Below are positions 1-12,324 of a stretch of DNA of 64,000 nt, piece by piece; within the stretch, counting starts at the first letter, position 1; the number at the start of each line of letters is the position of its first letter. This stretch comes from Gonapodya sp. JEL0774. Taxonomy: Eukaryota. The stretch covers positions 124,001 through 188,000 of the forward strand of contig JADIIX010000019.1 of NCBI GenBank assembly GCA_027604505.1, written 5' to 3'. Under the pieces are notes generated by a model that saw only the letters and a program-made list of their open reading frames with translations, made no database searches and had not been told where the DNA came from. Position numbers and translations under genes: made by a program.

Positions 1-299
1 AGATGGCGAATGGATGAGTTTTGGTTGCGCCGGCGCTGTTCGCGCACAGCACATACTCGTTTCCAAATTTGGTTTAAATTTAAATTCTTAACGTTCCCTT
101 GAAAATTTCGACACGAATACGGCAGCGGGAGCTCATCGGAGTAATACTATTTTCTCTGTGACTAACTACCGATGACCTCAAGTCAGACGCGGAACGGCGG
201 GACTCCCACAGTTCGTTGAGGCGGACAGCAATAAAGCACCATATCTGAAAAGTGCTGGTTGGTGCAATCACCATGTGCACAATATTATATTATTGTCCT

Positions 300-2068
300 T
301 CAAAAAATGGTACCATCTCCTGCAACTCCAATAGGTGGACCGCTTCCTTTATCCCCCCTCAATTTCTTGGCCACCTCTCTGCCTCCCTTCCATGTGCCTC
401 CTTCTAAAACCTTGGCCAGCGGCAAATCCACCTTAGTAACACCGAGACGCTCTCGAATACGTATTGCAACCAGATCGAGGAGTGGGACAGTGAGCGCACG
501 CCATTCCACAATAATGGGGTGAGAAGGGGGGAGGGCAGAGGAAGGTAAAGTAAGTGGTTTGATGACGCCCATGTCAACAAAGAGGCCACCATTGCCTATG
601 TGGTGGGGAGGTGCGGTTTGACTTGACAAACTGACAGGAGGCGGTTTCGCCACTACTCACGGTACTCTGCAAGTCCCGTCAAATCGTCCGTCCCTTGCAT
701 GATCACACTTCCAATGATCTTTTTCCCGTCTTGCTCCACAACCCAGCTCACACCACACTTTTCCACTACCTCCACCACACTATATACCAGCCATTGTGTC
801 AATTTGTGGAATGCCACAAAATTGTCCGTCCGCTCCCCTATGGCCTCCTTTGCATCACCAACCCACGACGAGGCTGGCAGCTGAGAAAGAGCCTCCGATT
901 TCCAAACGTCACCCATTGGCACACCCGCAATCTTCGTGCGACTGGCGGGCCATATGGTGGAGAAGCCATGTGCGGGAGAAGTGAGAGCCTCCCAAAGTGC
1001 TGTAAGATGAACGGTAGCCACTGGGCTGGTAGAATGCGAGTAATGACTTGCGGACGTGTGACATAGTAGCCAGTCGAGAATGTTGCCTGGTCTGGAGAAC
1101 TTTGCGGCCACGGTCGCATAGAGGGTGCCGTCGGGCCTAACACCACTGTACATGCGGCCAAACACTTCCTTATCAGCATCGAGAGCTTCGCCGAGGCGTG
1201 TAAGAAGGGAGTGGCGGCCCTCAAGGCCCGCGAGGGGATTGGCGGTGGGGTTATGTTGACAGCAAGTGGCTAAGGTTGACAGCGGAAGGTTGCGAAGAGC
1301 CGCGGCTGGAAGAAAGAGAACGTGTTAAGATAAATAGATACGAAGAGGTATTTAAGATTAGATTCGTCTGGCGATGGTGATGTTCCACATCATCTTTACA
1401 CTTCTCAAATGTCCAGGTTGCCAAAAGCTTCAATTCTTCCATTACCCTAGTGATCTTCATCTAATCCACTCACCATCTACGCGGCAGGGATCTGTCGCAT
1501 CGCTGGAGAACAGACCCTTACGAAACATATCGACGCTAACAATAGCCAATCCCTCAGAACGTGTGTATGTTTCACCCGCTGGGTGCTCGTCTCCATAGGA
1601 GCTCTGCTCTACATACTTCCATGTGTCGCCGGCGCCTGCATCCAACAAGACAGAGACGAATGTGAGATCCAACGCACGCCTTGCAGGCTCAAGGGGGTCC
1701 TCAGACGATTGCATGGCGGTGCTCTTCCAAGATTGAAGTAGCCAGCCTAGCCGTTTAATCCCACCCGCATCAAAATGGCGCCACCGGGAGTGAGGAGGAA
1801 TATTTGTTACGGAGATCCCATCAATCACCTTCCCTATCTCGTCTCCGCCAGAAGAGGGATAGTCCCGTTTCATAAGCCCGAGAATAAAGTCCACGACATC
1901 ATCGATTTTTGACTCATCAAGCGTAAAGTGCTTCAAGAAGCCCTTCCCGTCACGTCCTGGTGTGGCCAGTGCAGCGTTCAGAAGACGCGTTGTGGTATCG
2001 CGAACTGCCGCCAGGGATCGCAGATGAACGAGGGCCGGGTCCACTGTTAGTGAACTGTGCGTGGACAT
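300..2068 (-). CDS. URC4: DUF1688 / URC4 (Urg3)-like uracil catabolism protein, 3 exons
   Basis: Motifs IPPHSRWRHFDAGG, VSVLLDAGAGDTWKY, RSEGLA, FHKLTQWLVYS, LTGLAEYRNGGLFVD (joined across intron ~596-660), EWRALTV, LEGGTWKGGRE and C-terminal DGTIF*. ATG at 2068. Confidence 0.9.
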
Positions 2069-2290
2069 GCTGCAGTGGATGGCTTGTGGATGGTAAGAAT
2101 TGCGACCTGGTTGGTGAGGAGTGATCAAGATTATCCCGCCGACCACGGCCCGCCCCCCAACTGCCTCCGCTCTTGGATCGTTTGTTGGTTGTTCATGGAT
2201 ATGTATTGCCAATACTCATTTCTTGGCCACTTTACGTGCGTTACGAATAGTTTTGTTGCATTTTTGTTCCGTCGATCAATGAGTTCCCCC

Positions 2291-5200
2291 TCAGAGGCGA
2301 GCCTTGCCTTCGTCCAGAATTTGCCTGTCTAAAGAGGTAAAAGGTATGTAGACGTCCCTGTAGAATAATGCAGTCAGCTTGCTTTCTTGACTAATGTTTG
2401 GCTATCTGAACCTGCTTCAACAACTCACCCATGTGGAGGAAGCCAATAGTCGGCTTTCCCGTAACCTTCCTTCTGGTATTCGACCTTGCGATGCTTCATT
2501 GACGACGTGAGCTCGACTTCAGGAAGAAGGCGTATGAAAATCGGAACGGCGACTACCAGTGTGAACAGGTACCTCCTGAGCACAATCGAAGGAGTGTCAC
2601 CACCAAAATCGAACACTCACATCGCGGCATTACTTTAAGGCAATGCCGGCCCAAGTCTTCCATGAGTAGATCTCTCTTGAACTTGGGTAGATGCTGGAAC
2701 TCGGGTCGCAAAACTGCAGGACATGGTTCGTTAATCCGAAATTCTGAGCAAATATTATGTCTGTATGCTCACCAATCACAGCAGCACCTGCTCGACCAAC
2801 ATGGTTTGGCACTGAGATGACAAGCAGTTGTAAGCGCCTCTGGAGTCTCCCGCTCTCGCGTCTGTCAATGTTCCCACCTTGCAACCCGAACACATTGGCA
2901 TCTTGGACAGACGGATGCTGGCCAATGAAGTTACCGACCTCAAAAGTGGACACGTTTTCGCTTTTCCAGCGAAAAGCTGACACAAGTCCTTCAATTATGC
3001 AATACTGTTCAGGTCTGAGCTGTACTTACTGTCTCCCAAACGATCCACTGCGACACAGCAATTATGACAAACGAGTTCGCAGTTGAATTGCAACGAATAA
3101 TTGGAACGGTGATAACTCACCAAAAGAGTACCAATAGTGATTGTCCCTGGATAACAGGTCACCCATTCGCCAATATGCGTCACCCTTCTTAAAGACATCA
3201 CGAAGAACTTTCTTCTCTGTCGCTGCGTCATTGTTGCGGTATCTGATGGCACCTGGTATCCACTTATAATAGAAATTTTTACCTGTGCATTAGCTTTTTG
3301 CAGGGGTTAGGGGTTACGGATCATCAACTGGTTCACGCACCGGCCCGATACACTCTCCTGCTTCTCCAGGTTTCGCTAATATGCATAGACCTTTCTCGTT
3401 GCGTATTGGTTGCTCGGTGATCTTCACATAACTCCTTTATCGAGCGCAAGTCGAAACAATGACAAGAACAAGCCAACATCTCACCTCATCAACTTTTACC
3501 AGCCAAGGACCGTTAAGGATGCTACAGAAAAGCATAAATCAAGTTCAGTAGGAAACGTGAACGAAAAAATTTGCTACATACCGTGTCACGAGAGGACCTC
3601 GCCTGCCGACGCTCCCAATACCCTCAACTCCTCCTCTGTAGTGATTTGTGATCAGCGATGTCCCATCGCTCGCTGCATAAAACCTGGTGGACGAAGGTGA
3701 GAGAGTTGCTCTATTCGGCGATCTCGCGAGACCACTCACTCTACGATCTCGGGGATCCCAAATCGATCATAAAAGCGCCTTGAAGTGATAAAGCACCATT
3801 AATGTACCCCACCACTGAGGCGGCGTCGAACATAATTACTTAAAGACGTCAGCACGCATGCCATTTCCTGTTATCCTGAAGTATGAACAATCACAAACGC
3901 ATGAGAAAGCGATAAGGTCCAATTGTGAGTCGGATCTGGATCGCCCCACCTCTCCACCTTGTGTGCTCTGTCAAACTCGCTAGGAGGTTGCGATAGCAGA
4001 TATCTGGCTATTTCACCGACATCTATAACCCCGATATTGCAATCAGAATGGATCTAGTCAACCCAAAATGTAACGGTAACAATGAATCAACATACACCAA
4101 AAGGTCGTTCCTTGCAACTCTGTCACTTGCTTCCAGAACCGACTGGCACTAAATTTTCGAATAGGAACGAATGAAGACCCCCTGGCGAATCCCCCCTTAG
4201 ATAACCGGATGAGCTCCGGTAATTGACGCCTAGAACATTAAGGTTTCGACCCACATTCATGCTGACTCCGGCAGTTGCATGTGAAAGTGGAAGAATTCCT
4301 ATCACAACGTCATTCTCGAGAGGAGTGACAAATGTCAGTGGTGTGGTCGATGCTCCGAGACTAAGACCGCGACCATGCGCCGAAATTCCAGCTTTGGGGA
4401 GACCTGTTGTCTAACGTACTGGCCCTCGTAAAACATGAAGCATGCGGCCTGCGAAACCAAACTCACCCCCTGCGGAAGCACAATTCAAATGAGTGATCAA
4501 AGCTCAACCTACGGTTAAAGAGGACACGAAACCTACACTTGTAAACATCACATAAGATGCTGGAGAGGAAGTAATCAGAAATTGGTTACCGGGCGAGTAG
4601 CTTATCTTCCGAAGGGTACTCACGATCCTCAACTTTCGTTGCATATGTGATCTTCTTGATCCTAGAATCTGCAGTTCCTGATCTTGACCCCTTGAGGAGG
4701 AAGCCCTCGTTAATAACAAGGTCGGCCAGATCAGAGACTCCTCTCCTGGCGGACACCATCTTCCCAGACGCATCCAATTCGAAGATAGATGTGTCAACTC
4801 CAACTTCGGGCGAAAACGGATAAGCGTTTTCCCAGACAATAACTTTAATCTAGATGATGGAACAAATGTCAGAGCAAGTACTAAACTGGACTTTCCGTCA
4901 CCGCACTCACTCCCCGGATACGAAGATCTGGCAGGATCTCACGAATTGCGTCCAGGAACGTTGGCTCAACCATAATTGCGTTCGCAGATGCAACAGAAAT
5001 GCAATGCAGAAGAGCCGCCTTTCGAATTTGTGGATTCAGAGGCGCTATCACAATTCGCGCCATGTAGCACCCATAATAAGAGAATAGAATTTCCGGACAG
5101 TTTTCAAACATTATAGCGAGGGTATCTCCAGGTTGCAGACCAGGGTAATCCAAAAGGAAATTTCCCAGCGCATAACAAACATTCCGCATTTCGTAATATG

Positions 5201-5658
5201 TCCACTCGTGGAAGGTTTCGGACCGGATGGCGAGCTTGGTGGGGTGCCTGAGTGGTTCGACGTGACTCCAAATACATCTAGCGAAACCGTTTTCCGAATC
5301 TCACTGTTCCACCCTGTCTAAGAATGAACAGGCCATGTTTGCCTTGCCAGCCGCTGCACGTGCAGCCGCATATCTCATGGCTATTACCATTCTCCTGGGC
5401 AGCACGTGACGGTCCAGTCTCCGAGCCAACTGGACGGAACTAAACCGATCTCACCCGATCAATCGAGCATCGCTCTCAATAGAAAATCGTGCATCCATGT
5501 ACATGCTTGCGAGGAGACCTGCGCTGGCTGCTACCGGCACGATGCTCGTTGATACTGAAGAAACCTTGATCCGCTGATAACATTACCGGCTTGGACAGAG
5601 ATCAATGACATATCAGACTTACTATTGCGGGGATTTGATTAACAATGAGAGCAGCCAT
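2291..5658 (-). CDS. FAT1: FATP/FAT1-type very-long-chain acyl-CoA synthetase / fatty acid transporter, multi-exon, C-terminus -ARL
   Basis: Spliced motifs MFTSGTTGLPK, RKFSASRFW, YVGEIARYL, GNGMR, FRWKSENVSTFEV, GRAGAA, VPIFIR and KHRKVEYQKEG. Start MAALIVNQIPAI inferred across a gtaagt..ttatcag intron. Last exon ends ILDEGKARL*. Confidence 0.9.
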
Positions 5659-6116
5659 GGACGCAAGGTAGTTTTTCAAGTGACTTTTCGGTCACAATTT
5701 TGCCGTCCCGCTACCGGACAAAGCAATCCATTTTGGTGTGAGACTGCAACACAATGTCATGATGCAACACAATGTCATGCGCATCATGAAGAAAACATCA
5801 GACCTTTCTTGAGAGTGTGTCATTACCATTGAAAGCCTCATAATTTGTCAGCTGTCCGTTGCGTTCGTTCGACCAAGCTGTGTTGTGGGGGGTTTCTGGA
5901 AGCCGTCATCTATACAACGGCTCGAAATATAAACATAGCGAGAAGAATGAATGAGTACGTGATATGAAGTGATGCCAAGGCGTATGAACTACATGTTGTT
6001 TTGGCCACTGCTCAGGTCGGGGGTGCCACTGGTGGACCGAGTGTTGTTTTTATAAGTTTGCATTCTGCAATTGTGTTGCTCCTGAATCCAAACCAAGCGA
6101 TCCCTAGAGTCCTCTA

Positions 6117-8718
6117 ATGTCCACTCCCACCGCTTCTTCGAAGAAAAAGACCGCGCCAGCCGCGTCCACCACGGGCGACGGCACCCATCCTCCTCCAGCT
6201 ACTGCAAAAGTTGGACCAACGCCAGCACCCAAGCCGAAAGCAACACCCGTTCCAGCAAAGAAACCCGCGCCTGCCCCTGTAGAGGAAGATGACGACGACG
6301 ATTCGGTGTCTTCTCTTTCCGACTCCGACGATGATGTTAAAGCGAAGGGAGATGAAGACAAGGGACTCGAGGATCCCAACGTTGGTATGTTACAACGATT
6401 CGGACTTTCGCTCAGTCTGTCTTCTGCTTGGGGGGTCAGAATGTGGGGTGGAGGTGAACCGGATCCACCATGATGACCCACAGAAAGCAGAAGGACAATT
6501 CCTACAAAGAACTCAACTACGACGGAATGGAAGACCATCCGAAACTGAAGACCAGTCTCTTGGCGCTGCTCTACGGTATTTCATGTTTCACGATGTTCCA
6601 GCACAAGCCTTACATTGCTTCCCCTTGACACAATTTTTCACTTCGGCACGGGCCTCCTTTTGGGAACCTCCTGTGAATGCTCTTTATTAATCAGTGACCA
6701 AGTACAAAACTGCTGCGGATATCGCCAACCGTATGTCAATGTTCAGTAGTTTTGGAACTCCCATGTTTAAACATCGTGGATCCCTGTCTCTCGCCGCTCT
6801 GGAAAATTTCAGGTGCTCTTCGATCCGTTATTGCCGCGTGCACCGCTGGTACAACCGTCCTCCACCTTTGCGTCGTCGGAGACAAAGAAATTGAAGATCA
6901 GTGCGGGAAGGTTTACAAGACGAATGACATAAAGAAAGGTGAGTTCTGTATCGAGTTACATTGCGCGAGGCTTAGCGAGATCGTAAGATCAATGGCTTTG
7001 AATGGAGGACGTTTCTTTTATGGTTCCGATTGCTCGGAAAAAGTATGTCACGTTTGTCCGCCCACAGACTCACACTGCATGCGTCGGCTCTTGACATTTT
7101 TGGACCTGTAGTGTGCGGAACTTGTATTCACTTAGTGCTTGTGCCTCTTCTTGGTTTCTCCCAACCACCTCTCTCCCCCAAGGAATCGCTTTTCCCACCA
7201 CCGTCTCCCCTAACCCCTTCATCTGCCATCTCTCACCACTCACCACCGATTCGGAGGCCAACATTGTACTTAAGACTGGGGACGTTGTTCGCATTGAGCT
7301 CGGCGCACACGTTGACGGATACCCCGCCCTAGTAGCGCACACTATCGTTGTTGGTGCTTCCAAGGACGTCCCGGTTGAGGGAAGGACTGCGGATGCCGTG
7401 ATGGCGGGTAAGTGAGTCCTTGTTTAAGACAAAGAACCTTTTAATTTTGGTGTCAAAGCTTCTGGATGGAGCCATGCGTTCCATGCTGTAAGAGTAATGT
7501 AGGAGGATGGGGACATTTTTGCATTCCCGTACTCCAATCCTTTTGGGGGATTGGAAGTCTCTGAGCTGGTTGTTTTTATTTATTGTTCTTATTGGTACTG
7601 CCGTCAAACGCCCACTGATATTTCCCCAACACCCTACAACTCAGCTCATTACGCAGCCGAAGCTGCTCTTCGATGCCTCAAGCCAGGTTTTAAGAACTTC
7701 GATATCACGGATCACGTCCAAAAAATTGCCGAGGACTTCGAGTGCAAACCAGTGGAAGGTGGGTTTGTTTGGAGTGCTGAGAGTGCGAAGCATGCAATCG
7801 GGGCAGTCAGAAACAACACCGTACCACTTCATCAAACTAATCTCACTGTTTTCCAGGAATGCTCTCTCACGTCATGTCCCGAAATGTTATTGACGGCGAA
7901 AAGTCTATCATTCTCGCACCAACAGACAGTCAACGCAAGGACCAGGAAACCTGCACCTTTGAAGACGGTGAAGTCTGGACAGTCGATGTGCTCATCTCGA
8001 CGGGGGAAGGAAAACCCAAGCAGGGTGAAACCAGGACGACCGTGTACAAGAGGATGAAAGAAGGTCAATACCAGCTGAAGATGAAGACTAGTCGCGAGAC
8101 TTTCTGGGAAGTAAAGAAGAAGTTTGGGGATATGTCCTTTTCATTGAGGTGGGACGCGGACACCTTCTTTCCTGTTGAAATCAATCGAAAAGGCTTACAA
8201 ATCGTTCTGGCCGGGTTTTTGGCGTGTGAACCAACATAGATCACTGGGTGACGAACGGAAAGCCCGAATGGGAATTTTGGAGTGCCAAAATCACAACCTC
8301 GTCATACCATATCCCGTTTTACAGGAGAAGGAAGGTACGTGCCGATGAAGAAAACGCGCCAGTGCACTCGTCTGGTGGTTCATTTACCCTCCTTTTACCG
8401 TGCGGAACCAAGGCGAGACGGTCGCTCACTTCATGTTTACTGTTCTTTTGATGCCTTCCGGCCCACAAAAGATCACTGGTCTACCCTTCGAATCTGATTT
8501 ATATCGATCTGACAAGGTTGTCAAAGATGAGAAAGCGAAAGAGATTCTGCGAACCGGGCTGAAAAAGGTGACCGCAGCGAAGAAGGTAACGTTTTTGTCC
8601 ATTCGAGTTTTGTTGTGATCCACTAATGAAGATTGCTTTTTCGTCCTGGAAGTCAAAGAAGAAGGCAACTAAATCCTCAAGCGCCACAGCACAGAATGGG
8701 GAAGAGAAGGACGAGTAG
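6117..8718 (+). CDS. PA2G4: PA2G4/Ebp1/Cdb4 proliferation-associated protein (M24 peptidase fold, ribosome-associated)
   Basis: VVTKYKTAADIAN, KGIAFPTTVSPN..ICHLSPL, GDVVRIELGAHVDGY, GMLSH, IDGEKSII, YQLKMKTSR, VAHFMFTVLLMPSGP. Lys-rich C-terminus, stop TAG at 8716-8718. Confidence 0.92.
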
Positions 8719-9476
8719 AGCCTCCGTATCTCAGACTCTAATTGTACGCCCTGAAAATATTTGAGAAAAAAGCAATTACTTCAGCATTGGTTGGAATGAA
8801 CAACATTCCATGTCACAGCTCCTGACAAGAAAATTACCAATTTATCGACTCAAGCTGACAGGATTTTCGGACGAGCTTTAGTTCTGTGGCGGCGACCAAT
8901 GGCCGCCTAAAAGGATAAGTGCGATTAAGCTCATTCACCACACTGAGTTTCACTTTCTCAAATACGTAGCCCCGGCATTCTTGATGCGGGTCGCGTTCAA
9001 GAATTTGTTGTAGTAGTCCCATCCGCTAGAACACATCACCCGGTGGTATCAGAACTGAATATAATCAATATATTACCAAGGACCCAACAACCCCACGAAA
9101 TCTCGTCCCGCTTTCAGCCATCCAACAACTTTTCGTTTTTTGAACTGTTGGGATTCATCATTCTTCTTTGAGGACCAAGGGTTGCGTACCGCGTAGTACT
9201 TCGTCACTCCTTGGGCAATTTACAGATAGCATCACTGCTTTGGGAACGATTGTCAGGCAGCCTCAGGGATCTAACTTGTGATTCAACGACGATTGTTTGC
9301 CGCCACGAGTGATTTTGCCTCGTGGATTGCAATCGCCACCTGGAAAAAACGGGGGATCAGTTCCGTGAGTTCTCTTCCGTGCTCCTGGCGTCTCCCGATT
9401 TCTTGGGAACTATTGCACAGACCCCTTATCAATATCCCAATTCATGGTCAAAACATAGCCGATTGCAATTCCTGAC

Positions 9477-11069
9477 ATGGCGAAACACGGCCCGGGCGAA
9501 ATCCAGGACCTTCCTCCCGCTTCCATGACTCTTGTATCAAATCCAGCTCCTCAAAGAGGTTTCACTGAGAATGAAACTACGAGCACGCAACTATCTGTAT
9601 TTGATTGGTCGTCGTCCCGAGAGCTGGATCCAAACACAACTGATGGTGTCAGGAGGAATAGGAGTGTTGAAACAGTTACCTGGTCGGGCACCCGAGGTGG
9701 AGGTGAGAGACTGAATCCAACTGACCTCATTTAATCGCTAATAGAGATCTTTTAATGCTTCCAGATGATCTTGACACAACAACTCGCGAGAACGAAGATG
9801 CAGAAATGGAAGAAGCTGGCTACTCGAGTCTGCGGAGTCATACTAACGACTCTGCACAGAGTGCTCCAACCGAGGAGTTGCGCTATCAGTATTCACCGGG
9901 CGGCTCCCGACGTATCCTTCGCGCCTGCGACTTTTGTTTTACATCGAAGTAAGTTAAAGTAAGTTGCTATCATGCTTCAAGTATATTTCTGCTAATCGCT
10001 GCGCAATTGCGTAGGTCAAAATGTGACAAACGACAACCATGCGAACGCTGCCACTCTCGTGGTCGAGAATGCACCTACGACAGGCTCACAAGCAGACAAT
10101 CCGGAAATCCAAATCCGGGCTCCCCTGCGCACCAATTGGAAAGCACGCCCGGAACTGGCCCATCAGCAGTACCGGAGCAAGCTAGCTTGCACTCCGATCT
10201 CCGACCTCATCCCTCTTTGCACCGTTTCAGCAGAAGTGATAGCATGCTATCAACCTACGGCTCGATGGGTTCACACAGTAATCGAGGCCAGTTTGTGGAG
10301 TACCCTGGTATTCGCTGGCCCACGACGAAGTCAAGACACATGGAAAATGAACGCGAATCACGGAGCGAATATTTAAGCTCTTCGAGAACTTTGTTATCGG
10401 ACAGTTCCACCCCCACCCCAGTACGTTGATACATGTTCCCTTGATCGAGTCATGTGCTCACAAATCTCTCAGCTCCCGTTTCAATTCTATCCCCATTCAC
10501 ATCTACCGTTCTATGGAGAGTCGAAAATAAAACGTTGAGTGATTTCTAAACTCCAAAAACCCCACCTCAGTAAGCTGACGAACTGTAACCGTTTCAGTCC
10601 CACCTCTGATTGCTCTCCCAAACTCCGAGAACCCCGCATCACCGAAGTACGTACATTATGGATATCCAGATTCTTTTCGAGGAGAACCAAGAGAATCGGC
10701 AATCAGCTCCGTGCTAGGTTTGTAGCCGCTCATGTCAGTGATGGACGAGGAATCAATCAACCAAAAGCCAATTCTTCCATTTTAGTGGACCCTGCTGAAG
10801 CACCATATCGCAATGCCTCGGGACCATCGAACCCCGAACCAATCGAACCAGTTAGTCGATCAAGCGAAGTACTCACGTTGAATCCCTTACCGTGGGGAAC
10901 GCCTGCTCGAAATTACCACGAAATATTCAGGGAGAATTCCGAACTTCGACAGCGTCTTGCAAGCACGACCGCACAGCTTGAGGCCGCAAGAAACAGAGTA
11001 CGTGTTCTTGAGATGGAGCTTCTGTCCACTGGAGTCTCGCAACATGGAAAAGCAGCAATAGGAGAGTGA
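9477..11069 (+). CDS. Zn(II)2Cys6 transcription factor with C-terminal coiled coil
   Basis: RACDFCFTSK|SKCDKRQPCERCHSRGRECTY after removing intron ~9950-10015 gives a complete six-Cys cluster. First intron gtgaga..ttccag joins ORF 9477 to ORF 9755 in frame. Confidence 0.82.
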
Positions 11070-11304
11070 TGGAGAACTTATACCGCTTCCCGACGCACTT
11101 CAACGCCAGCGGCGAACTATGCGAGACAAGACTGTGGGAACTAATGTAATATAAATGTAAATGTCAAAAGCAACCGAACACTCGCCAGTGCATTGGCGAA
11201 CGCGGGAAGCAAGTGAAGTGGCACAGCACGAGGTTGCGTTTAAAAATATCAGATTTTACCACTAACTTTCTATCACGTTCTTACCAACGACTTTTCAATA
11301 ACAA

Positions 11305-12078
11305 ATGTCTTCATCTTGGGACGAGGTGACAATCATCCGCAAGAAAACTGCCTCCGGACCCTCCACCATCAAGTCGGAGGCTGAGCTAAATGCTGCTCGA
11401 CGCTCTGGCGCGGATATCGCAACCGCTAAGAAGGCCGCACCTTCTAACGCCGCACACGACAAGGATGGTCAAAAGCTCGCGAAGATTGACAGGGAGACGG
11501 AGGATTTCCATCTGGAGAAAGTTTCGTTGGACGTAGGGAAGGCAATTATGCTGGCACGACAAGCAAAGGAACTCACTCAAAAGGTGGGTCAGAGTTGACT
11601 ATCCTCAAATGAGAGGCACAGCGAGTACCGCTTCTCTTCAGCCTGAGGTGTTCGATGGGCTCGTCGGGTTGGAATGGACACAACGCTGCGATGATTACTC
11701 CTGGTTTCGACGAACTCGTTCCTAATGACTTCTGAATCCTCTTACTTCTTCATTCTATCTGTCTAACCCACTCGACCTCCTGCCCTGACCCAAAACCTGA
11801 CTGCTTAACCTGTCCCTGCCCCGCCGTCACCACTCCTCTGTGCGCTTAATTTCCGTCGTTACCCTTTTCTGTATCTGTCATGCTCTGGCTTCCCTACGAT
11901 ATGTCAACAGGATTTGGCGACTAAAGTTAATGAGAAGGCTTCCGTCATTCAGGACTACGAATCTGGTCGTGCGCAACCGAACCAGCAGGTTCTCAGCAAA
12001 CTGGAGCGAAACTTGGGGGTGAAGTTGAGAGGGAAGGACATTGGGCAGCCGCTTCCTGCTCCTGGGTCGAAGAAGTGA
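11305..12078 (+). CDS. MBF1: Multiprotein bridging factor 1
   Basis: [41 protein letters not shown] | [42 protein letters not shown]. Intron 11584-11910. Confidence 0.96.
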
Positions 12079-12324
12079 AGTGAATTTCTGAGACATTCTG
12101 TAGACGAATCTAGACCCTGTTCCCCCTTTGTAAGGCGGTTTTGACTACTTGTATTAAATCAATTAACGACTGCGCACATATTGAAAATGAAACTGCGATG
12201 AGAATCAGATTGATACTCTCTCTTCAATGAGAGCTTGTTTGTGGGTTATGAGTGTGCCACCTTCACTTTCCTGAATCCTGAGTGCCTGATTCCAAACCTC
12301 GCTCCAGAGTCCACATCTCCTCTA

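Noticed and set aside
11603..11648. SECIS-like ATGA-hairpin in the MBF1 intron
   Set aside because: It lacks the 3' GA of the quartet and the apical AA, is intronic, and no selenoprotein ORF is recognisable in the window.
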